From: a virus
Lineage: Duplodnaviria; Heunggongvirae; Uroviricota; Caudoviricetes
DNA: 64,000 nt
IMG/VR virus record: IMGVR_UViG_3300037010_001573
Span: 64,001 to 128,000 of that record
Direction: 5' to 3' (one strand)
In this document: in pieces, positions 39,349 through 48,837 of the stretch
How positions within the stretch are numbered: position 1 is the first letter of the stretch
Layout of the letters: each line of letters opens with the position of its first letter
Notes under the pieces: model-generated
Databases searched by the model: none
Seen by the model: the letters and a program-made list of their open reading frames with translations, nothing else
What the model was told of the DNA's origin: nothing
Made by a program: the position numbers and the translations under genes

Positions 39349-39609
39349 TTACAAACTTGGGGTGAGGTTACCTGTTTCTAAATCGATTTGTTGGTTACCA
39401 TATTTATCCCCCAACTGTTTAAAGAATTCATTTTTAGAAGTATTGAATTGTTTTAAAGTATCTGTTATTTTATCTTTTTCAACATTTAATAAAATTAATT
39501 CTGATGATACTGTTCCCAACATGAATATCAAAGTTTGGTATTCTTCCTGAATACGTTTTAAATTGGTTAATTCTTCTGATGTAATTTGTGTTTGTAATTC
39601 TTGTTCCAT
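39349..39609 (-). CDS. Hypothetical coiled-coil protein
   Basis: Heptad-rich, ends KYGNQQIDLETG. Confidence 0.65.
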   Translation of the reverse strand: MEQELQTQITSEELTNLKRIQEEYQTLIFMLGTVSSELILLNVEKDKITDTLKQFNTSKNEFFKQLGDKYGNQQIDLETGNLTPSL

Positions 39610-39622
39610 TTTTTATATATTT

Positions 39623-39856
39623 TTATTTATTCCATTTCTTCTCAGGACATGATTCTTTATCAAGGGCAAATATTTTTTTATCCAATGGACATAAACATAC
39701 ACCACAATAATAAAAATCAACCAAAGTTGTATTTTGTTTTCGAAATTCACACCCATTACATATGGATGCTCTTGATTCTGCTATCTTTTTTTCTTCAAAA
39801 GTAGGGTTGGCTGCTTTTATCCAAGCTTGACTTATTTCCTTAAATTTTTTAAACAT
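39623..39856 (-). CDS. Small Cys-rich protein
   Basis: ICNGC...CGVCLCPL...CPEKKW. Confidence 0.65.
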   Translation of the reverse strand: MFKKFKEISQAWIKAANPTFEEKKIAESRASICNGCEFRKQNTTLVDFYYCGVCLCPLDKKIFALDKESCPEKKWNK

Positions 39857-39869
39857 AACATTTTATTTT

Positions 39870-40745
39870 TTATAACCCACCACTAGATATATCATTTATA
39901 TTTTTCACAATTTCTGATGTTATAGATACTACAGATTTAGAAAAAAATTGTTTTTTCCCATTTGTTGCTAGATTTTTATTTATAGAATCTGGTAGTAGAT
40001 AACCATGTAATGTTATACTTAATGAAGTTTTTGTTATTCTTTCCTCATTAATAGCATATTCATTTGTCGAATCAAATCTATCAATATACGTTCTAAATTG
40101 AAATCTATTTTTATCACCCCAATATGAATCAGATGCAAACTCTATTGCTTCTATTATTTTATTGTTTTCTTCTATATAGTTGGTATTTACTATACATTCG
40201 TATGTTAATGTAACGTAATCAGGAACAGCAGTTAAATAAAACTTATCAGAAGGAATAAAATTATTTAATATTCCAAAATTATCATATTGGTTTTTAGAAT
40301 TATATCTAGCTTTGGATACAACTAAATTATTTACATTATTACCATCTAATTTATTACCAATATTTCTGTCTTTTTCAAACCCCGTTCGACGTACCATTAT
40401 TATAGGGTACATTAAATTACCGTTTTTATCACGATAGTATCCGTTTCTTTGTACTGATACCCAACGTTCTTGAGAACCATATATTACCGGGACTTTTATT
40501 TCGCTCCCATTTTGTATTATAGTTGGTTGGATGATTTTATTAAAATAATAAAAAACAGCATCATCTATATCTTGAAGCCCAACAGTAAACTGTTTTACAT
40601 CATTTTCTATATCAACCGATATTTGATTAGCTCGGTTTATTTGATCTTCTGGTAAGATTGGTTTAGTATCTGGTATAAGTGGGATTATCTGTTCATTCAC
40701 TCTACGAGCCACTGTATTAGGCAGTAATGGAAGTTCTCTACTCAT
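39870..40745 (-). CDS. Tail terminator/sheath stabiliser (gp15-like)
   Basis: VPVIYGSQERW, VPDYVTLTYE; position after neck genes. Confidence 0.7.
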   Translation of the reverse strand: MSRELPLLPNTVARRVNEQIIPLIPDTKPILPEDQINRANQISVDIENDVKQFTVGLQDIDDAVFYYFNKIIQPTIIQNGSEIKVPVIYGSQERWVSVQRNGYYRDKNGNLMYPIIMVRRTGFEKDRNIGNKLDGNNVNNLVVSKARYNSKNQYDNFGILNNFIPSDKFYLTAVPDYVTLTYECIVNTNYIEENNKIIEAIEFASDSYWGDKNRFQFRTYIDRFDSTNEYAINEERITKTSLSITLHGYLLPDSINKNLATNGKKQFFSKSVVSITSEIVKNINDISSGGL

Positions 40746-41242
40746 TATCTAGATAGTGTTATACCAAGACCTTCAGGAGATTGGTAGTTTGTTTTGCATA
40801 TTATAGAAAAACTTCTACCAAAATCAGCTAAGTAAGGCCCATCATAATTATAATCTGGGTTTTTACCTACTATTTGTTGGTTTTCATTTACTAAATTTAC
40901 TTTATAAAAATCATTATTCCATAATATAATATCACCAATTTGAGGAACAACATTTTGTTCTATTAAATCTTTTACTAAAAATCTAAATGAAAAATCTCTA
41001 ACAAAATCGGGACCTGTTGGTGTATAGTTACCTTCATAATCTCCTCTATCTATAAGACACGACAACAATACGGGAGGATAAAACATTTTATTCCCATTTT
41101 TTGCTTCTCCATATATGTTTACAGAAGTTTCATCTAAAGAAATCTGATAATATCCTATTTCTTGTTCAATAATATTGTGAATTAATTCTTTATTTATTAC
41201 ATGAAAAAAAGAAATATCACGAGAAGATCCATATAAAGCCAT
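40745..41242 (-). CDS. Neck/head closure protein (gp14-like)
   Basis: NIYGEA, PQIGDIILWNNDFYKV. Confidence 0.65.
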   Translation of the reverse strand: MALYGSSRDISFFHVINKELIHNIIEQEIGYYQISLDETSVNIYGEAKNGNKMFYPPVLLSCLIDRGDYEGNYTPTGPDFVRDFSFRFLVKDLIEQNVVPQIGDIILWNNDFYKVNLVNENQQIVGKNPDYNYDGPYLADFGRSFSIICKTNYQSPEGLGITLSR

Positions 41243-41243
41243 A

Positions 41244-41576
41244 TTAATAGTTTCTTATTTTTACCAAAGTGTGTGTTCTAACATGAAATTTTATCAATCC
41301 TGGGATTTTTAAGGCTTCATGTTTTATATTTTTTATTGTATCTAAAGCATTCCCCCTAGATAAAAATTTTGTTTCTAACAATGAATAATTATACAAATTG
41401 TTAGAAGCAGAGTCTAATTTATCGTTATCTACTACTTTTACAACAATAACACCATCTATCCCTCTTACCTGGTTATATATTTCAGTAAAATTAAAATCAT
41501 TCTTCATTTTTATAATAATCTGAACGAAAAATGTTTCAAAAGTAGTCTCACTTAATAAATGTTCTAATAATACCAT
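41244..41576 (-). CDS. Hypothetical protein
   Basis: ORF in the neck operon. Confidence 0.6.
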   Translation of the reverse strand: MVLLEHLLSETTFETFFVQIIIKMKNDFNFTEIYNQVRGIDGVIVVKVVDNDKLDSASNNLYNYSLLETKFLSRGNALDTIKNIKHEALKIPGLIKFHVRTHTLVKIRNY

Positions 41577-41577
41577 A

Positions 41578-42753
41578 TTAAAAAATATAAATCCCCATAG
41601 GAATATTACTTAATGTTTTGTTTAGATTATCAGCATTAGCTGCTTGTTTCTCTAATTGTTTTGTTCTTCCAGTTTCTGCTAAATCTAATCTTAATTTTTC
41701 AATTAATGATGATTTTTCATTTCTGGCATCGTTTAATAAGTCCGCTTGGTTTAATGTAACTTCAGATCCTGGAATAGGTACAGTACTATACTTTCCTCTA
41801 ACATACCCTAATGTTTCTCTACATAAAGCCAAAACATATTGAAAAATCCACATTCTACCTACTGAATTTATATAATTGTAATTAGGATTTGTATAAGGAA
41901 CGTTAGATTGATTTGTAATTAAATTGGTCATAACCGACCCACTTGCATCTAAACCTCCTATTGAACTGTCTCTTTCAGATCCTTTGATATATTGGAACCA
42001 AACAACCTGTTTATTTTCTTGTGGGATTGGAAATAATCTTAAATGGTTATTATGTATTTCAAATGTAAAAGCAGCTTTTCTTATCTGATCATTTAATTTA
42101 ATAGCTTGAATTCTTTGTAAATCAAAAAATAAAGGCATTAATAAAAATGTAATAGCAGGTGAATAAGCTCCAAATCCGAAACTATTCAATAAACCCTCAT
42201 AACTATAACCAATACCAACATATGGATCAAAATATCTCATAGAAGCCGGTGGGGCCTCAAAAAATATACGTTTAACTTCAATGTAATCTCCAGGAGCCAA
42301 TGAAGCAGATTGTTGAGCCCATATATTTAAATCATAATCTTGTACACCAGCCTGTAATTGTATAGCTCCACTATACCAAGTAGCGTGTCCACCAACTCCC
42401 GCTTCTTCTCCGTAATTACCTGCTATTCTTACAGTTCCTCCTAAAGAAGGTGTTATTAATAGTTGGTTATATGGTACAGATCCAGTAGTATTACCCTCCA
42501 TTGATAGCATATTTTCATTTATTTGGAACTGATATAATTCATTTCCATAAACAGTAATAGCTTCTTCAAAAGCTGTGTAAATTTGAATAGGTTGTAGTTC
42601 TACAACTTCAATAGGCCATCCTAAACGTCTTGTAACAAAAACAACAACATTATCTGCATCTGTTTGAAAATCATATTGGTAATCATAAAAACCAAATGCT
42701 GTGTCTCCTGGGAAAAACTGTGAGGACCCGTTATATACTGGAATATCTGCCAT
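41578..42753 (-). CDS. Neck/head-tail adaptor protein (gp13-like)
   Basis: RRLGWPIEVVEL, YVLALCRETLGYVRGKYSTVPIPG...LN, PMGIY. Confidence 0.8.
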   Translation of the reverse strand: MADIPVYNGSSQFFPGDTAFGFYDYQYDFQTDADNVVVFVTRRLGWPIEVVELQPIQIYTAFEEAITVYGNELYQFQINENMLSMEGNTTGSVPYNQLLITPSLGGTVRIAGNYGEEAGVGGHATWYSGAIQLQAGVQDYDLNIWAQQSASLAPGDYIEVKRIFFEAPPASMRYFDPYVGIGYSYEGLLNSFGFGAYSPAITFLLMPLFFDLQRIQAIKLNDQIRKAAFTFEIHNNHLRLFPIPQENKQVVWFQYIKGSERDSSIGGLDASGSVMTNLITNQSNVPYTNPNYNYINSVGRMWIFQYVLALCRETLGYVRGKYSTVPIPGSEVTLNQADLLNDARNEKSSLIEKLRLDLAETGRTKQLEKQAANADNLNKTLSNIPMGIYIF

Positions 42754-42784
42754 TATTTATTTTATAATAAATATTAAATTTTAA

Positions 42785-43168
42785 CTAAACATCAATTGAA
42801 TTTAAACAATGGCCTCCTTTAAACCAAAATTCAAAATCTATAAACCAAAGAAGACAAACAATAAACCAACCAACAATAGACAATCCTTTATCTCTTTGTA
42901 ATTTACCTAGAGTTGATGACAACGTTTCACCTTTATGTCCAAAAAGGTAAGTTTTTGGTTTTCGTAACAATGTATTCCATAATATTGGGAACGATTCATT
43001 AGCAAATATATCAATATTTTTTGCGGATGCAAAAAATGTTTTATTAGTTTCTTTATAGAAATATTGGTGTTTTATAGTTTTATATAAAGAAACTAATAAA
43101 TTTAACATTGCAATCGGAAAAAACAAGGCACTAGCTATAATATATAAAATAATACCTATCATACCCAA
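42785..43168 (-). CDS. Hypothetical membrane protein
   Basis: Hydrophobic ends, FGHKGETLSSTLG, GHC. Confidence 0.6.
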   Translation of the reverse strand: MGMIGIILYIIASALFFPIAMLNLLVSLYKTIKHQYFYKETNKTFFASAKNIDIFANESFPILWNTLLRKPKTYLFGHKGETLSSTLGKLQRDKGLSIVGWFIVCLLWFIDFEFWFKGGHCLNSIDV

Positions 43169-43512
43169 TCTTCTATTACTGTTCCAAAATTATCACCGCT
43201 CTCCTGTGTTAATTGGATTATAGTAAATTCCTGAATCCTTTGTTGCATAGCATTCTTTAAATCAATAGTATTTAAAGGACTTAACATATTTTGTTCTATA
43301 TATTGAATCTTTACCCAATCTAATTTTGTGCTAAAATCTTTAAGTTTAACGAGTTGTTCATTAGAGTCTAAATAATAGTAGAAACCATTAGCTGTAATAT
43401 CGTTTTCATTTGCTATCAACTCTCTAATTGTAATATAAAGATAAAAATCTCCTATTACTTTAAACCGTTCATTATAAACAGTTTTTACTTTGTTTGTTTT
43501 AATTACTATCAT
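43159..43512 (-). CDS. Hypothetical protein (possible fibre chaperone)
   Basis: Small ORF directly after a fibre gene. Confidence 0.55.
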   Translation of the reverse strand: MIVIKTNKVKTVYNERFKVIGDFYLYITIRELIANENDITANGFYYYLDSNEQLVKLKDFSTKLDWVKIQYIEQNMLSPLNTIDLKNAMQQRIQEFTIIQLTQESGDNFGTVIEDWV

Positions 43513-43527
43513 AATATTGTTTGTTTA

Positions 43528-45198
43528 TTAATTTATTACCCAAAACTTTATTACTGTTTCTGTTGTTGGTGCTACATAATTTATAGTAAAAAAACCATTA
43601 GCTTCTACTACAGAAATTATTCTACAAGTAGTGTCATTTGTCCCCATTTGACACATTACAATACTTGAGGTTTTTACAAGTGAGTTTGTTACTACTAAAG
43701 ACGTTGTTCCGAATGCAGCATTTACTTTACCCGCTATTTTATGTATAGTTTGATTACCTGTAGTTCCTGGTGCAATGATAGTATTAGAAAAATACAATTT
43801 ACCTGTCTGTACTTCCAATGCTCTATACTCTCCTAATGTAGAAGTAAGAATAGCATCTATTAAAACACCTCTTGTAATACCATTTGCAGTTCCAGTTTGA
43901 TTAATAGTAGGATTTATTCTTAGTGCTGAATATTGACCAGTATTAGTTGTGGGAGAAAATGTTTGTTGTAATTGCATTAAATAATTTGTACTTGCTAATT
44001 GAGCATCAGTAGTTATACCATTAGTAAAAATATGTCCACCTACATAATTATTATAAGCTGTATAAACTATACCAGCATTTGGGTTACTAGATAATGGATT
44101 TGCTTTAACTGACCAAGTAGCAGCACTTAATTGGAAGCCAGATGTAAATAATGCTGATACAAAATTAGATGATGATATACCATTTGCATTTAAGGCAGCA
44201 TTTAGTGTTGCATTACCAGCATAATCAACTGAAAATCTATTCACACCACCAACTTGTAAATCAAGTAATTTTGCTCCAGTACCAACAGAAATGTTTGTTA
44301 TATTTAATTTTATAGCACTTGGTACACCTGTTGTATTCCAAGTTTGTTTTAAATCTAATAAAGATCCAGATAATGAACCGGAAGCTGAGTATGTGTCTGT
44401 TAATATTACTTTTCCATTTGAAGATTCAATACTTATATAATTAGCAGCTGCAGTTAATACTGGGTCAATAAATAAACCTCTTGTAATACCATTAGCACCA
44501 CCAGTTTGGTTAATTGTTGGTACAATATTAAAAGTATTATAAATTCCAGTTCCAGTTATTGGTGCAAATGTTTCAGTTAAATTCATTAATCCAGATATAC
44601 CACTTGTAGTTGTTCTATTTAACATAACACCAAAATAATGAGCATAACCAGTTGATGTTAATGGTTGTGAGATATATCTCATAGCAGTTCCATCTATTGA
44701 ACCAGCACCAGTTGTAGCTAATGCTGGACCAATAATAACGTTATTAGAACCATTACCAAATATTAAAGCAGCACTTAATGCTTGAAATCTAAAAGCATTT
44801 TTATTACCTATAACAAACTTCATAAAGTTAGATGCTGAATCTGAAGCTTGATTATTTATTGCAAGTTTAATAGCATCTGGTTGTCCATTTGTATTCCAAG
44901 TTTGAGATAAATCCAACAATGAACCTGATGCTGATGAACCTGAAGCCGAGGTTGTATTTATAAGAAATGCAGAACCTGTTATAGTTTGATTCCCTATAAA
45001 AATATTTGAACCTGTAGTTGCAAAAGAACCAGTATTTATTTGAGATGTATTTAATGCATATGAAGCTGTTAAACTATTCATAGCATAAGATGAAGTCCCA
45101 AATAAAGAACCTGTTATACCGTTTGTAACAATAAACGATCCTGTTATTATAGAATTATTTTGTGCGATAAGTCCATTACGAATTATGAATTCTTGCAT
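43528..45198 (-). CDS. Fibre-like virion protein with internal duplication
   Basis: GSLFGTSSYA/TGSF repeats; two copies each of SGSLLDLxQTWNT...AIKL and INQTGxANGITRG. Confidence 0.7.
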   Translation of the reverse strand: MQEFIIRNGLIAQNNSIITGSFIVTNGITGSLFGTSSYAMNSLTASYALNTSQINTGSFATTGSNIFIGNQTITGSAFLINTTSASGSSASGSLLDLSQTWNTNGQPDAIKLAINNQASDSASNFMKFVIGNKNAFRFQALSAALIFGNGSNNVIIGPALATTGAGSIDGTAMRYISQPLTSTGYAHYFGVMLNRTTTSGISGLMNLTETFAPITGTGIYNTFNIVPTINQTGGANGITRGLFIDPVLTAAANYISIESSNGKVILTDTYSASGSLSGSLLDLKQTWNTTGVPSAIKLNITNISVGTGAKLLDLQVGGVNRFSVDYAGNATLNAALNANGISSSNFVSALFTSGFQLSAATWSVKANPLSSNPNAGIVYTAYNNYVGGHIFTNGITTDAQLASTNYLMQLQQTFSPTTNTGQYSALRINPTINQTGTANGITRGVLIDAILTSTLGEYRALEVQTGKLYFSNTIIAPGTTGNQTIHKIAGKVNAAFGTTSLVVTNSLVKTSSIVMCQMGTNDTTCRIISVVEANGFFTINYVAPTTETVIKFWVIN

Positions 45199-45242
45199 TT
45201 TATTTTTACTTTAGTTCACTGTCCCTAAAGTGTGGGTTTATG

Positions 45243-46616
45243 TTATATATATGTAACTAATGTTTTTATAGTCCATCCTGATGTTAAAGTCACAGCATTT
45301 ATTTGTATTTGTCCTGTTATTATGGTTGATGTGAATGTAACAGGTGATGTATCTCCCAAATCTGTTGTAGAAACATCTGTATAAGTTGTTCCTAATCCAT
45401 CATTCCATACTGTCATAAATTCTCCGGCTCGTGCATTTAAGCCATTGAATAAAGTATATTTTGTAAAAGCAGCAGTGTATGAACCTGTTGCTTGTGTATA
45501 AATATTGTTTGTCCCAACAATAGAAGACGCTATATTTGAATAATCTGTTAAAGTTCCATCTAATTGTAGTGTGTTTGTTATTATAAAATTAGATGAACTA
45601 ACAGCATATGAAGATGTACCAGCAAATTTAGATGAATTTGAACCGGTATATGCATTAAAAGAGGATGTTGTTACCAAAGACCCAGTGTCTATAGTACTTA
45701 CATTTAAAGCATATGATGCTGTTGTTGAATATGATGATGTACCTATTAAATCTCCAGTAAATGTACCTAAAAACGACCCTGTATTGCTCATGAATTGATC
45801 AATCCTATTTGCCGTTACTATAAGACAAGGAGAAACCGGAGTTGTTGGTGTTGTATTTGCCGGATTTGTTTTAAGTGTTACAGTAGTACTTTCAGCCTGA
45901 TACATTAATTGTACATAATCACCAGTAGCAGCGTTTATGTAATAATTTAAAGATGTTATAAGTTCACCATCAGCCCCCCCTGTTTTTTGAGGAATAACAA
46001 ATTGCGAGTTAGTATATGCTATATCTGATGAACTACCACCATCATTTCCTTTTCGTATCCATATGTTAACTATTTCATTCTGTCCAGAATTATTTGAAAA
46101 CTGGGCTGAGAATTGGTAATTATAAACCCCAGCATTAGTAAAATATACTTTTGTTTTATCCCCATTGGATCCACTTATATAAACACCATTTGATATATAA
46201 GTAGTTCCTAAAGAAGCAGAATAGGCTTCAGTAGTTGATGTTATAGGATAAGATCCAGTATCATAAAAACTTCCATAAGAACCAGTAGTTGTATTTCCTC
46301 CAATCCCACCACCTGCAGAAGTAATAGTTACTTGTCCTACACCACTTGAAGGTGATAAAGATATATTAGGTCCCGCTACTAGTTGAGTTACACCACCATT
46401 TAAAGCAATACTTGCGGTATCAGCATAAGATGCTGTCCCGAATAAAGAACCAGTAAAATAAACAGCTGTTATATTTCCGTTTATATTAAAATCTACAGAA
46501 GACGATTCAGGAAATATACTTGAAGAATAATATTGTAATAATAAAGTACTACCACTTTTTATAAGTTGATATCCATCTTTATCATTAGGTTTTCTAAACG
46601 ATATACTATTTTGCAT
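45243..46616 (-). CDS. Fibre-like virion protein
   Basis: Ser/Thr/Gly-rich, repeated GTxSYA and TGSLVTTSSFN segments. Confidence 0.7.
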   Translation of the reverse strand: MQNSISFRKPNDKDGYQLIKSGSTLLLQYYSSSIFPESSSVDFNINGNITAVYFTGSLFGTASYADTASIALNGGVTQLVAGPNISLSPSSGVGQVTITSAGGGIGGNTTTGSYGSFYDTGSYPITSTTEAYSASLGTTYISNGVYISGSNGDKTKVYFTNAGVYNYQFSAQFSNNSGQNEIVNIWIRKGNDGGSSSDIAYTNSQFVIPQKTGGADGELITSLNYYINAATGDYVQLMYQAESTTVTLKTNPANTTPTTPVSPCLIVTANRIDQFMSNTGSFLGTFTGDLIGTSSYSTTASYALNVSTIDTGSLVTTSSFNAYTGSNSSKFAGTSSYAVSSSNFIITNTLQLDGTLTDYSNIASSIVGTNNIYTQATGSYTAAFTKYTLFNGLNARAGEFMTVWNDGLGTTYTDVSTTDLGDTSPVTFTSTIITGQIQINAVTLTSGWTIKTLVTYI

Positions 46617-46635
46617 ATTATTATATTTATTTATT

Positions 46636-46676
46636 AAAAAAAAATAGTCGCTCCTATTAAAGACAAGAAGCGACTA
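46636..46676 (-). terminator. Intrinsic terminator upstream of the 46616 fibre gene
   Basis: Stem TAGTCGCT/AGCGACTA followed by T9 on the minus strand. Confidence 0.75.
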
Positions 46677-46753
46677 AATAGAACCACCAATTTTAGACCT
46701 GGTGATCTGTAATGGAATACCCAATTATGGACTTGGATGCTCATGTATAAATA

Positions 46754-48379
46754 TCAATAATTCTTGTTTAGCTTAATATAAGATATTGAAGACTTCCCAT
46801 ATTTGTTTAAAATAGGTAATATTGATTTTTCAAATACATTGCATGTAAAATCAGGATAGAAAACTACAACATCTATTGTCTTAATAGTTTTATATTTTTT
46901 ATTATGATATATCAAAGGTGCACCATATGTTGTAATCCCTAAACCATAATCCAAGCGATTTAAGGGTTGGGCAAATGAAATTGTATTTCCTTGTTTATAT
47001 ACAACAAATGACGAATTTTTATAAGCTTCTGATATTCCTGTACTTCTGTGTCCTAGAGGTATTGTTATCTGATCTATAGATATAAAATCAACAGCTAAAG
47101 TTCTATCACCATTACTTGTTTCTATTATATAAACATTAAAAAGACTTAAAATATAGTTATTATTAAAATTACCAGGATTAGATTCATATCCGTAATTTGT
47201 TGTAAAATTTGAAAATGAAACACCATAATCAGATTGATTAAAAGTACATAAAATAGTTCCTAAAATTTTAGATTTATATGGGTTTGATTGGTCTCGAAGA
47301 TCACCATTGGTGTCTACCCCGATCCTATATTCACCAGCATAAAATCTAGAAAAATTTCTTTTGTTATATTTATCTATTTTTAAAAAACGTAAAAGATTAT
47401 TATGTTTTGAAGTACATATTGTGTTTAATTGATTTTGGTTAATGTAGTTTTCAGTAAAATTAGGTATATGCGAACCAACATGTGATATTAAGTTATTTTG
47501 TAATTCATTCATAAGATTAGCATATGCTTTTGAATTTACATCTATTTCAAACCCTCTCTTAGTTGATACTTTCCCATATAATTTTCTAACACCAACACAT
47601 GTCGAGAATAAATTAACACCTCCTACTCTCAGATTATTTGTACTGCTTCTATAACTATATAATATTACCCTACCCCAGATCATTTCTTTATCTTGAATAT
47701 ATATTTCTATATCTTCAATATTATTAAATACTAGTTTAGTATATTTAGTGGAATTTGTAAAATCTAAAATATCAACATATAAGGAAGGCAACATGGTGTT
47801 TAAAACAGTCTCTGTTTTAAAATGTGTCTGTGGGTTTATATTTGTAGATTCAAACCATCTAAGTCTACGTTGTTCTACGGGTGGATCTCCAACTCGACCA
47901 TATTCAAGATTATACATTTCATAACGTCCATCAAATAAAACACCATTTTGATAAAAATCACCAGTTATATCTATACTACCTGTAATTATAACATTTTGAA
48001 TTAATGGATCTACAAAAGAAGCAGTAGCAGTATATGAAGAACTTATAGAATTACCGCTAGTTATTGCGTATGATGCGCTAACTATTCCTTCTAACCCACC
48101 CCCGTCACCTGAAAAAGATCCTGTAAAACTTCCAGTATTATATGATGATGTGAATTCATTAAAAGATGAAGTTGTTACGAAAGAACCAGTATCTACTATA
48201 GAACCTGTTCCTGAAAGTCCAGGTGGTCCTTGAGGTCCTGGAGATACCACCTCAACGATGTTGGTTATTTCTCTAGGTACAACAATTATATTGCTAACGT
48301 CTGAATTAACATCTATATTATTGATGGTGTTTTCTACATTAACATTATTTGTGTTTATATTAATATCTATCTTACTCAT
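46754..48379 (-). CDS. Fibre/decoration-like protein with short collagen motif
   Basis: PGPQGPPG, TGSFVTTSSFN, SASYA repeats, then an unrelated C-terminal domain. Confidence 0.65.
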   Translation of the reverse strand: MSKIDININTNNVNVENTINNIDVNSDVSNIIVVPREITNIVEVVSPGPQGPPGLSGTGSIVDTGSFVTTSSFNEFTSSYNTGSFTGSFSGDGGGLEGIVSASYAITSGNSISSSYTATASFVDPLIQNVIITGSIDITGDFYQNGVLFDGRYEMYNLEYGRVGDPPVEQRRLRWFESTNINPQTHFKTETVLNTMLPSLYVDILDFTNSTKYTKLVFNNIEDIEIYIQDKEMIWGRVILYSYRSSTNNLRVGGVNLFSTCVGVRKLYGKVSTKRGFEIDVNSKAYANLMNELQNNLISHVGSHIPNFTENYINQNQLNTICTSKHNNLLRFLKIDKYNKRNFSRFYAGEYRIGVDTNGDLRDQSNPYKSKILGTILCTFNQSDYGVSFSNFTTNYGYESNPGNFNNNYILSLFNVYIIETSNGDRTLAVDFISIDQITIPLGHRSTGISEAYKNSSFVVYKQGNTISFAQPLNRLDYGLGITTYGAPLIYHNKKYKTIKTIDVVVFYPDFTCNVFEKSILPILNKYGKSSISYIKLNKNY

Positions 48380-48759
48380 TAACTAAATGTAGTAACTTCT
48401 TTACTTAATCGTACTTTTCCTTCTAAAATTCTATTCACTACAGGACAATCCCCACTTCCCGATATAATATCTAAATCATAAACAGCAGTATCAAAATCAA
48501 ATAATGAAGATGTACATGACGCTATGTAAATTCCTATAGAACCTGAAGATGAATTAGTCATATTTAATCCGGTTCCATCATTATTTAATACATTTGTTAA
48601 TGTAACTATAGGAGGATTAACACCTAATGCCGATCTAATCTGCATTTTAGAATTATATGTAGATAAATCAACAGGAATACCATTAGCATCCTTGTAAATT
48701 ATAGAAAAATCAACAGTTGAACCTTGTTCAATTGTAAAAGAGTATTTGCCTGCACCCAT
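48379..48759 (-). CDS. Virion structural/adaptor protein
   Basis: FTIEQGST...AVYDLDI...RILEGKV beta-sandwich pattern often found ahead of fibre genes. Confidence 0.6.
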   Translation of the reverse strand: MGAGKYSFTIEQGSTVDFSIIYKDANGIPVDLSTYNSKMQIRSALGVNPPIVTLTNVLNNDGTGLNMTNSSSGSIGIYIASCTSSLFDFDTAVYDLDIISGSGDCPVVNRILEGKVRLSKEVTTFS

Positions 48760-48787
48760 ATCAGTAGTTTATTTATTATAAATATGA

Positions 48788-48814
48788 TAAAAAAAGCCTA
48801 GCTTTCGCTAGGCT
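48788..48814 (-). terminator. Intrinsic terminator after the major capsid gene
   Basis: AGCCTAGC-GAAA-GCTAGGCT followed by a T tract on the minus strand. Confidence 0.85.
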
Positions 48815-48837
48815 CTTTATTTTATTTCAGGTATTAA

